A stretch of DNA of 32,000 nucleotides from contig NC_006138.1 in assembly GCF_000025945.1 (NCBI RefSeq), forward strand, positions 540,001 through 572,000. The letters are read 5' to 3'. Positions 18,901-24,384 of the stretch are shown in pieces (position 1 is the stretch's first letter; each line of letters begins with the position of its first letter). Origin of the DNA: Desulfotalea psychrophila LSv54 (GTDB lineage: Bacteria > Desulfobacterota > Desulfobulbia > Desulfobulbales > Desulfocapsaceae). The position numbers and the translations under genes were made by a program. The notes under the pieces are model-generated. The model was given only the letters and a program-made list of their open reading frames with translations. It made no database searches and had not been told where the DNA came from.

Positions 18901-20219
18901 TTTACAGTATGTGCTGTTACCGTTCCATCGGGGTTGGTTACATTAAGAACATCATCTATTAATGCACCAGCAGGTGCTGTAACAGTTACATCAACCTTAC
19001 CGTCAATCTCGGTATTGCTAATAGTTCCGTCAGTATCACGATCTTCGCTAATAACAACCGTTGGCGCTACGGTGGCTGTTGTATCACCCATAGTAGCTGT
19101 ACCACTACCAGGAACTGAAATATTCCCAGCCTGATCAGTAAGGGTCGCACTTACGGTTATGCCATCACCATCCGCTGGTCGGTCGTATTCAAGTTTCAGT
19201 CCGTTATCAATAATATCCTGGTTTACAGTATATGCTGTTACCGTTCCATCGGGGTTGGTTACGTTAAGAATATCATCTACTAATGCACCAGCAGGTGCTG
19301 TAACAGTTACATCAACCTTACCGTCAATCTCGGTATTACTAATAGTTCCGTCAGTATCACGATCTTCGCTAATAACAACCGTTGGCGCTACGGTGGCTGT
19401 TGTATCACCCATAGTAGCTGTACCGCTACCAGAACCAGAGATATTGTCCGCCTGGTCGGTAAGGGTAGCACTTACAGTAATCGCCGTACCGTCAGCAGGA
19501 CGATCGTATTCAAGACTCAGACCGTTATCAAGAATATCCTGGGTAATGGGGTAGTCCGTAATAATTCCATCGGAATTAGTTATATTAAGAACATCGCCAA
19601 TAACGGTTCCGACAGGGGTATTTACCAGGACACCAACTGTACCGTCAATTTCAGTATTAGAAATCGTACCGTCATCATTAATATCTTCGGTAATTTCAAC
19701 TTTTGGAGCTGCGGTAGCTGTCTCATCATCCACATCCCCCACATCATCATAAAACTGGTCAGACACATCTGGGACTTGGCCATCATTCTCGGTGCCGAGG
19801 AGGTAGGTGCCGACGTCGCCTTTGCTGGCGTCACCGGCGTAATAGTCACTGTCGATGAAATCGTATGAACCACCCGAACCTTCTGTACCGGCGGCGGTCT
19901 TTTCCAGAACATCATCGATGCTCTTGCCTTCCGCAAGGGCCTGAACAATCGCATCCTGCAGGGCGCTCTGCTCGTCGCTGACGGCATCACTGGGGTCAAT
20001 CGCAGCAAGGACAGACTCATCGAGAAGGAGCTGCTCGTTGCCGGCCAGGTTAATCAGGTTTCCGTCTTCCTGGATAATTGAGAGGCTGGCTCCGTCTGCA
20101 GTTATGATGGTATCATTCTCATAAACAAAATCACCAACCCGTAATTCACGAACCTCACCCTCTGAGGTACGCGCTGTTACAAGACCTGTGACTGCCTGGA
20201 TTTTGCCTGATAGAGCCAT
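9978..20219 (-). CDS. Giant repetitive Lap-type adhesin secreted by type I secretion (retention module, Ig-like repeats, PA14-like, VWA, RTX)
   Basis: 3413 aa. N-terminal MALSGKIQAVTGLVTARTSEGEVRELRVGDFVYENDTIITADGASLSIIQEDGNLINLAGNEQLLLD resembles LapA-type retention modules and is followed by TAAG. Extensive tandem repeats, LIIVLDKSGSMD...VYFISDGEP (VWA), and C-terminal GGEGRDTIDAGEGDDTIVFD (RTX). Confidence 0.95.
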   Translation of the reverse strand: MALSGKIQAVTGLVTARTSEGEVRELRVGDFVYENDTIITADGASLSIIQEDGNLINLAGNEQLLLDESVLAAIDPSDAVSDEQSALQDAIVQALAEGKSIDDVLEKTAAGTEGSGGSYDFIDSDYYAGDASKGDVGTYLLGTENDGQVPDVSDQFYDDVGDVDDETATAAPKVEITEDINDDGTISNTEIDGTVGVLVNTPVGTVIGDVLNITNSDGIITDYPITQDILDNGLSLEYDRPADGTAITVSATLTDQADNISGSGSGTATMGDTTATVAPTVVISEDRDTDGTISNTEIDGKVDVTVTAPAGALVDDILNVTNPDGTVTAYTVNQDIIDNGLKLEYDRPADGDGITVSATLTDQAGNISVPGSGTATMGDTTATVAPTVVISEDRDTDGTISNTEIDGKVDVTVTAPAGALIDDVLNVTNPDGTVTAHTVNQDILDNGLKLEYDRPADGDGITVSATLTDQAGNTSGSGSGTATMGDTTATVAPTVVISEDRDTDGTISNTEIDGKVDVTVTAPAGALVDDVLNVTNPDGTVTAHPVTQDIIDSGLKLEYDRPADGDGITVSATLTDQAGNISVSGSGTATMGDTTAPTVSIDNPIEVDNVADDTEDDDVSISGTTIGVEDGQNVTVSLVDNSDSANPVTVVLGTAAVTGNTWTLADHNLSIYADHSDYTITADVSDAAGNAATQAVQTLELSDTTVPTVSIAAPIEGDNIADDTEDDDVSISGTTIGVEDGQNVTVSLVDNSDSANPVTVVLGTAAVTGNTWTLADHNLSIYADHSDYTITADVSDAAGNAATQAVQALELSDTTVPTVSINTPIEGDNIADDTEDDDVSISGTTIGVEDGQNVTVSLVDNSDSANPVTVVLGTAAVTGNTWTLADHNLSIYADHSDYTITADVSDAAGNAATQAVQTLELSDTTVPTVSIAAPIEGDNIADDTEDDDVSISGTTIGVEDGQNVTVSLVDNSDSANPVTVVLGTAAVTGNTWTLADHNLSIYADHSDYTITADVSDAAGNAATQAVQALELSDTTVPTVSINTPIEGDNIADDTEDDDVSISGTTIGVEDGQNVTVSLVDNSDSANPVTVVLGTAAVTGNTWTLADHNLSIYADHSDYTITADVSDAAGNAATQAVQALELSDTTVPTVSINTPIEGDNIADDTEDDDVSISGTTIGVEDGQNVTVSLVDNSDSANPVTVVLGTAAVTGNTWTLADHNLSIYADHSDYTITADVSDAAGNAATQAVQTLELSDTTVPTVSITAPIEGDNIADDTEDDDVSISGTTIGVEDGQNVTVSLVDNSDSANPVTVVLGTAAVTGNTWTLADHNLSIYADHSDYTITADVSDAAGNAATQAVQTLELSDTTVPTVSITAPIEGDNIADDTEDDDVSISGTTIGVEDGQNVTVSLVDNSDSANPVTVVLGTAAVTGNTWTLADHNLSIYADHSDYTITADVSDAAGNVATQAVQALELSDTTVPTVSITAPIEGDNIADDTEDDDVSISGTTIGVEDGQNVTVSLVDNSDSANPVTVVLGTAAVTGNTWTLADHNLSIYADHSDYTITADVSDAAGNAATQAVQALELSDTTVPTVSINTPIEGDNIADDTEDDDVSISGTTIGVEDGQNVTVSLVDNSDSANPVTVVLGTAAVTGNTWTLADHNLSIYADHSDYTITADVSDAAGNAATQAVQALELSDTTVPTVSINTPIEGDNIADDTEDDDVSISGTTIGVEDGQNVTVSLVDNSDSANPVTVVLGTAAVTGNTWTLADHNLSIYADHSDYTITADVSDAAGNAATQAVQALELSDTTVPTVSINTPIEGDNIADDTEDDDVSISGTTIGVEDGQNVTVSLVDNSDSANPVTVVLGTAAVTGNTWTLADHNLSIYADHSDYTITADVSDAAGNAATQAVQALELSDTTVPTVSINTPIEGDNIADDTEDDDVSISGTTIGVEDGQNVTVSLVDNSDSANPVTVVLGTAAVTGNTWTLADHNLSIYADHSDYTITADVSDAAGNVATQAVQALELSDTTVPTVSINTPIEGDNIADDTEDDDVSISGTTTDVENGQFVTVNLVDSSDPLNPTTVFLGTAEVTDNIWILTDQDLNGYDDHGSYTVTADVSDAAGNDATPASEPLELSDTTAPIATITLTPNITADDVINATEANETIAITGRVTGEFTAGDIVTLTINGVESTGGVLAGGRFSINVAGSDLAADSDTTINASFVATDAAGNTATPVTDTEDYNVAPIAIDDPVHVTGGLHSEYYGVDHHIANITDAQRVISGNDADATFISTDINYGYTDRNGDGNYDPHEWVMRGNLTDGIILNENKDAIDDSHLKEFIKGGSKDLVYNEESIKDGSLEDATNGILHMEGMLNITNGGDYTFNVAHDDGFDLRIDGVSVFRYDAITSTKIEEPVTLSLKEGLHDVEIIYWDQGGAYVFDLDLLDSNGKNVWTKDNLSHAETGSIDVRNDSTITLNLTDNDSDIDGEIDVSKIVITDPPDHGTVTRHDDGTVTYEPNEGYHGLDTFTYTVDDTEGATSNVATVTLNVTPSVGSNAIVYEAGLAEATEQSAGTDPSAAIITEGNLLGEDGGRIVSVADKDGSRRENTITVETDHGTITVYTKAADGHSAGDYIYTLTKSSDGDSVVDSISYEVQHGKPHTVESHLDISIIDDAPVGTNISNNIEDSSAASQTINLIIVLDKSGSMDYSLEGTDSTRIEVAKEALSSMFDSYDNLGNVNIQFVPFDSNAEKSEWYIDDKHGANTYLDNIIPDNGGTCYDNALDKTAEGYWAPPAAKTLVYFISDGEPHQYHGALHAKVDWEEFVTDNDIDISFGIGITNSVSLEALAPIAFADGDGDLEPYLTKVLNAFDLKQTLLDTVGEGVAHGDASVLMASGDGGIVLGADGGHIQSILVDGTLHKYVPVTKVTESINTDRGGTIDINYETGEYIYLINPQNTVLGEEEKFVITGVDKDGDSKSVDLVIHLDYVANLDANYDSIITNADEGTSLDIDYDVLLANDSGTGNTSVTSVAAGSGTDLLTTSAGVTLANVADGESFTYEISSGNASDRAKVDVTRTNASKLTGTSGDDVIINTAESVDYTVEAIVRPGNTYYTDNQIGLIFTGKAAISITAVTFDLRAGGNENAIFDLSDHHLKIGEDTAGIDSYNVGFTTENGGSRLTFTFHPDEFTNQDQFWFRADTDHLGENNGEDFGTSGVSITVAFSDGTQTSGIYNTEAGGSSRVILDGQAALSGEEGNDYLLGSDSSEYLDGGEGRDTIDAGEGDDTIVFDAADTRIDGGGGFDTLLISDAVLDFSHLAEGTVQNIERLDLTDPAAQNINLTLDNVLDMTSLTTTTEGEIIHVLELKGGANDTVTVDVENSTGTWVHDGGLFSNGSDSIQVTLSTDSDNALDNIHIIFDDGTSN
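10335..10500 (-). other. C-terminal RTX-type Ca2+-binding motifs of the adhesin
   Basis: Encoded LSGEEGNDYLLGSDSSEYLDGGEGRDTIDAGEGDDTIVFDAADTRIDGGGGFDTL. Confidence 0.8.
11570..12165 (-). other. von Willebrand factor A domain within the adhesin (approximate bounds)
   Basis: MIDAS-like DKSGSMD at about 12122-12142, then YFISDGEPHQYHG. Confidence 0.8.
12855..13465 (-). other. PA14-like domain within the adhesin (approximate bounds)
   Basis: HSEYYGVDHH...ILHMEGMLNITNGGDYTFNVAHDDGFDLRIDGVSVFRYD...EGLHDVEIIYWDQGGAYVFDLDL matches PA14/fibro-slime style. Confidence 0.65.
14131..18420 (-). repeat. 13 nearly identical tandem 330-bp (110 aa) Ig-like repeats; a 14th diverged copy lies at about 13801-14130
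   Basis: The landmark ctcaccgtaggaacagtcgt recurs at 14131, 14461, 14791, 15121, 15451, 15781, 16111, 16441, 16771, 17101, 17431, 17761 and 18091, exactly 330 bp apart. A variant (ctcaccgtcggggcag) sits at 18421. Confidence 0.97.
18441..19724 (-). repeat. Second tandem family: four 321-bp (107 aa) Ig-like repeats
   Basis: The landmark atcaccc/atccccc...atagtagctgtacc recurs at 18441, 18762, 19083 and 19404, exactly 321 bp apart. The encoded unit is TVAPTVVISEDRDTDGTISNTEIDGKVDVTVTAPAGAL(V/I)DD...; the copy closest to the N-terminus side differs most. Confidence 0.93.
19887..19898 (-). other. Putative LapG cleavage site TAAG (adhesin residues 108-111)
   Basis: Minus strand ACC GCC GCC GGT encodes T-A-A-G just after a predicted helical segment (SALQDAIVQALAEGKSIDDVLEK), as in LapA-type adhesins. 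Confidence 0.8.
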
Positions 20220-20363
20220 GATTAACCTCGTTTTTGATGCTTATATTGAAACCCCCTGCCCTTATTTTTGCTCATCTTCATTCTGGATGAAGAGAGGGCA
20301 GAGATATTGGTATTTTTCTATACTTTCCTGAGACATTTTATACTATTTGGCTAGGAATGGCAT

Positions 20364-20377
20364 TGTACCAAGGTACA
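20364..20377. promoter_or_regulatory. 14-bp palindrome TGTACC-AA-GGTACA in the lapD-adhesin intergenic region; possible operator
   Basis: The arms are exact reverse complements. It lies about 145 bp upstream of the adhesin start, with a related imperfect motif (GGTATCTTGGTA) at 20388-20399. Confidence 0.35.
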
Positions 20378-20441
20378 GTTTATCTCAGGTATCTTGGTAG
20401 ATAATGGCCATTTCCTGGCCAACAACTGCCGAAAAAAGCAG

Positions 20442-22397
20442 TTACACATGCTTAGGCTCACCGAACAGGTAGCCCTGCAGGGCGTCAACATTGAGCTCAA
20501 CTAAGAGATCAACCTGTTCCGCTCGCTCGACACCCTCGGCAATTACTCGGATATCAAGACTGTGCGCCACGCCGCAGAGGGCGCCGATGAAAAATTCACT
20601 ATCGCCATTGTCCGCGTCCAACTCTTTGGTAAAGGCCCGGTCAATCTTTACATATTCGGGACGAAGAGATTTGAGGTAACCAAAATTAGAAAAACTCTGG
20701 CCAAAATGATCAAGCCCTATACCATGACCTAGCTTTTGAATTTTTCGAGCAAAATCCTTCACCACATCAAGATACTGCACAGCTCCAAACTCTGGGAATT
20801 CAAAAATAATATGTATTGATTTGTCCTGTAGTTGACCGAGTTCAGCCAGCACCCAATCAACAAAAGCACTATCATCAAGGGATGAGGGAGAAACATTAAC
20901 GGCAATCGTATGCAGATCTGCCATCTTCTCTTTCTGGGCAAAAACCTTTTCCAATACCACCTTGTCAAGCCTGGAGACGAGTTGTAATCGCTCGGCGAGT
21001 GGAACAAAAACACCCGCACTGACAATTTCACCAGAGTCCATGGCAATGCGTGATAAGAGCTCTTGGTGTTGCACCCTGTTTTGATCCGTACTGTTCATTA
21101 CAGGTTGGCGAAAAAGAATAATTTCACCCCTCTCTAAAACATTCTCCAGGGTCTCTTTCCACCACGATTTTCCCTTGATAAGATCATCGGCCCCTGAAGA
21201 GAGGAAATTGACCAGCCACTTATTCGGTCCCTGCTGCCTGGCGGCCTGCAGAGCATTATCCGCCTCGGCCAAAAGCTTTGGCAGGGTGGGCGTCTCCTCA
21301 TAGACAACCCCTCCTATATGAGCAATATTGTCAGAATGGCTTGCATTTTCCACTGCTAGTCGAGTAACTTTTTGGCTGATTTTTTCAGCAAGGTCATAGA
21401 CTGCGACGGAACTGATCTCGGAGATAAAAATTGCAAAATCACCACCTGTAAGTCTTGCCAGGGCAACATCGTTGAGCATTTTTGTTTCTTGCTTAATGAT
21501 ATCGGCAACCTTTTTCAAGAGCTCATCACCTGCGGCAAAACCATCAAGCTCATTGACCTTCTGCAGATTATCCAACTGAAGCATGAGAAGCGCTCCATGC
21601 ATCGATTCCCCACCCGATTCAAGACGAGCTTCAACCTGACCTGTTATATATCGCCTATTACCAAGTCCCGTCAGCTGATCGCTGTAGGCATTTCGCCGAA
21701 AACGCTCTGCAATCTTTACCTGCCCGGAAAACATCTCCCGCACCTGATTTGTCATCCGATTCATAGATTGCACAACCTGACGCAGTTCCTTGGTTTTCGG
21801 CAGTTTCTCCTGAATACGAAAATCTCTACGACAAATAGCCTCGGCCTGTAGTTCAACACGTTTAAGCGGTTTCAAGAGCAGACGTAAACCAAAACCACCC
21901 AAAAGAAGAACCAGAGATCCGGCCAGCAGAAAATAGAGACTCATCTTTACAGCCGCATCCCACATGGCCCTATAGGCATAACCGGGATGACTTTCCACAT
22001 AGAGCACCCCCGCCTGAGTCCAGCCCGCCATGACCAAAGCCTCTGCACTCGGGGCCTGGATAGGAACAAGGTCAATAAACCACTGGGGTACACCTTCGAG
22101 GGTAATTTTGAGGAGACGCTCAGTAATAACCGCACCCTCCATATCTTTAAAGCTGATAACCCGGTAATAGCCTCCATCAAACACCGCATTCATCATCGTC
22201 TCAACGGTTGGAATATCGCCTTCAGCCACTATCGGCGACAGGGAGAGACTAAGAGATGTGGCCGTATCCTGAGCGTGGGATTCCATCTGAGTGAGCAGGA
22301 ATGAACGGGTACTCTGCAATTTTTCAACCCAGATAGCGGAGAAGAGCAACACAAAAAGAATGAGTGTAAATATAACAAGTTGCCTATAGAGTGTCAT
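20442..22397 (-). CDS. lapD: LapD-like inner-membrane c-di-GMP receptor (LapD/MoxY periplasmic domain, HAMP, degenerate GGDEF and EAL)
   Basis: 651 aa: TM, periplasmic segment with AGWTQAGVLYVESHPGYAY, second TM, HAMP. GGDEF position reads ARLTGGDFAIF; EAL position reads HQELLSRI. EAL-like core continues (IIFEFPE, GHGIGLDHFGQSFSNFGYLKSLRPEYVKIDRAF, VIAEGVE). Confidence 0.92.
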   Translation of the reverse strand: MTLYRQLVIFTLILFVLLFSAIWVEKLQSTRSFLLTQMESHAQDTATSLSLSLSPIVAEGDIPTVETMMNAVFDGGYYRVISFKDMEGAVITERLLKITLEGVPQWFIDLVPIQAPSAEALVMAGWTQAGVLYVESHPGYAYRAMWDAAVKMSLYFLLAGSLVLLLGGFGLRLLLKPLKRVELQAEAICRRDFRIQEKLPKTKELRQVVQSMNRMTNQVREMFSGQVKIAERFRRNAYSDQLTGLGNRRYITGQVEARLESGGESMHGALLMLQLDNLQKVNELDGFAAGDELLKKVADIIKQETKMLNDVALARLTGGDFAIFISEISSVAVYDLAEKISQKVTRLAVENASHSDNIAHIGGVVYEETPTLPKLLAEADNALQAARQQGPNKWLVNFLSSGADDLIKGKSWWKETLENVLERGEIILFRQPVMNSTDQNRVQHQELLSRIAMDSGEIVSAGVFVPLAERLQLVSRLDKVVLEKVFAQKEKMADLHTIAVNVSPSSLDDSAFVDWVLAELGQLQDKSIHIIFEFPEFGAVQYLDVVKDFARKIQKLGHGIGLDHFGQSFSNFGYLKSLRPEYVKIDRAFTKELDADNGDSEFFIGALCGVAHSLDIRVIAEGVERAEQVDLLVELNVDALQGYLFGEPKHV

Positions 22398-22412
22398 AAT
22401 AAGTCCTTGGGA

Positions 22413-23114
22413 TCAGTTGAGTCCTGCTGGCATTCTCTTGAGAAGATTTTGCCAATTTTTGAGTCTATCACTGCCGCCCACCTTCTTTCCCTGACCACGG
22501 GATTTGGAAAGCCAGAGTCCCGAACCATTAAAACTAAAAACAGGTAAGAGATCCTTTCTCTTTGTCGCCAGCTTAATAGCAGGGATAAGATTATCGAGAA
22601 CCAGAGGTATCGCACCGGGTTTGCCATAATAGGTGACAACCATATGGGCTTGATTAAGACGCAGGGCCTTAACATAGGTAAGGTTAAGCTTTTTTTCTGG
22701 TATGCCGATGGCTTTAAGGGTAAAATATTTTGCCAGAGAAAAATCTTCGCAATCGCCTGCCCCTGAGGCCAGAAATTCGACGGGGGTCGCCCAATAATCT
22801 TTCTTTTTCCAGTGTTTTATATCAGAGACAAACTGTAGTTGATTAAAAAAGGCATTCACCTTTTCCAACTTTTCCCCATCCGCACTGCTTACATCTTCAC
22901 GAATCAGATTCTGCCAGGCAAGAAGTCGTCGCTTAGCCCTTTCACCATATTTTAACTCGGCAGATTCAAGAGTCTTATCGGAAATGGTAAAGAGATTGCT
23001 GCCCTCCACAACCCCTAGAAGAGAGATCAGGAGGATAAATAACACAACTATTCGTCGAAACAAGAACTGATGTTTACAGAAATTTTTCAAAAAAACTACC
23101 TTGCCAAACGACAT
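22413..23114 (-). CDS. lapG: LapG-like periplasmic transglutaminase-like cysteine protease
   Basis: 233 aa with signal-like N-terminus, FNQLQFVSDIKHWKKKDYWATPVEFLASGAGDCEDFSLAKYFTLKAIGI, LNQAHMVVTYY and PLVLDNL, supplying the Cys-His-Asp triad. It is 15 bp from lapD. Confidence 0.92.
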   Translation of the reverse strand: MSFGKVVFLKNFCKHQFLFRRIVVLFILLISLLGVVEGSNLFTISDKTLESAELKYGERAKRRLLAWQNLIREDVSSADGEKLEKVNAFFNQLQFVSDIKHWKKKDYWATPVEFLASGAGDCEDFSLAKYFTLKAIGIPEKKLNLTYVKALRLNQAHMVVTYYGKPGAIPLVLDNLIPAIKLATKRKDLLPVFSFNGSGLWLSKSRGQGKKVGGSDRLKNWQNLLKRMPAGLN

Positions 23115-23347
23115 GGATACTCTTGTTTAATATTAAGAAGATAGCAGAGAGGCGAGTTATTGCAACAAAGCCCCGACGAAATAATAGTTTACAATTTTTT
23201 TTATCTTACCACCAGTTGCATCCAGATTTATTGATCTCTTTTACTCAAAAGAGACGAAGGAGATAGCCATCAGCTATCAGCTATCAGCTTTAAGAAAAAA
23301 CTGTAGCAACCAGGGCTGGAAATTATGCAGATGAGTAGCAAATGTCT

Positions 23348-24160
23348 CTATTTCTTGCCAAGACCTGGAAATGGAATGATATTATCTTTCTTTGGTCCCT
23401 TCGCCTGCTCTTCGAGTGAGCCATCATCCATCTGGGCAAACTCCGCCATCTTCTCGTAAACATCTTCAAACCCTGCATGTTCAGCAATAATTTTCAGATA
23501 CCTCTCGCTACGCTTTTTCCCAAAGAACTCCCGTAGCCTTGTCTCAGAGTAAGCGCCAGGCTTACTATATCGATTTACCCAGCTAATCAACATCTCCTCA
23601 TCTGGGAAAAAATGGTGCTTATGCCCCTTACTTCTACGAGGCGTATCATTGGCCTGCTCATCAAAACCAGCTGCCTCTTCCATATTATTAGGAAAATAGC
23701 CAACATGATCCAATTGATTTTCAAAAAGCCACTTGGCATCCCGAAGATGGGCCAGCACACTATTATCACTTCGCTGACAAAAGTAGTACTCACTGTTTTT
23801 TTCAAGAAATTTGTCAAATATTGAGCGCGATAAGAATTCATCACAACCATCAATTCCTTCCGCCAAAAAACCCATGCTATTGAGCAAACGTTCGCAGAAA
23901 AGAGAGAGAAAGCCAGCAACATCACCCTTTTTCAGCCCCGTGAAAAGCATGCAGTAACGAGTCATGATATGCATGGCAAACAACACCTTTCTCCGCTTTA
24001 CCGAAACAACATGCAACTGCCAGGGCGAAATTATCTCATTGCCAGAGCCCAAATCATCAATGGCCTTTTTGGGCGGAGCACTCAAAGGAGATACCTTCTC
24101 TCCCTTGCGGGTAAGGGTAAAAAAATCAGCCGCAGCCTTGGTGCAGTTGAAAATCAACAT
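23348..24160 (-). CDS. Conserved protein of unknown function (DUF6933-like N-terminus MLIFNCTKAAADFF)
   Basis: The ORF is open to 24208, but MLIFNCTKAAADFF is preceded by a GGAAGAG Shine-Dalgarno-like sequence, which suggests a start at 24160. Confidence 0.6.
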   Translation of the reverse strand: MLIFNCTKAAADFFTLTRKGEKVSPLSAPPKKAIDDLGSGNEIISPWQLHVVSVKRRKVLFAMHIMTRYCMLFTGLKKGDVAGFLSLFCERLLNSMGFLAEGIDGCDEFLSRSIFDKFLEKNSEYYFCQRSDNSVLAHLRDAKWLFENQLDHVGYFPNNMEEAAGFDEQANDTPRRSKGHKHHFFPDEEMLISWVNRYSKPGAYSETRLREFFGKKRSERYLKIIAEHAGFEDVYEKMAEFAQMDDGSLEEQAKGPKKDNIIPFPGLGKK

Positions 24161-24384
24161 AAACTCTTCCTTATTTTTATGGGGAGGGGCAGATAGCACA
24201 CTCTTCAACTGTTAATGTAACTCTTTTCCCTGGCGGGTTAAACAATCTTTCCCAAGAGAAACTCAGCACCATGCTGATACCCAAATTAGCCATCTAGGCA
24301 AAAAACGATATCAAATACATTTTAGCCCAATACCACCCCACAAAAAAAGAACAGATACAGTTTGTTACAACACCGATCCCTGCA

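Noticed and set aside
18496-20020. Plus-strand ORFs (105 aa, 105 aa, 131 aa) and nested ORF 19622..20020 in the adhesin repeats
   Set aside because: They recur with the 321-bp repeat as shadows of the adhesin coding sequence, have low-complexity Ser/Val-rich translations, and match no recognised family.
20220-20441. Possible c-di-GMP riboswitch upstream of the adhesin
   Set aside because: No GEMM-type conserved core (such as AGGGCAAA...) could be identified by eye. An Infernal search would be decisive.
23268-23292. Short ctatcag/atcagct direct repeats
   Set aside because: Only about three partial copies of 7-8 nt in an AT-rich intergenic region; likely incidental.
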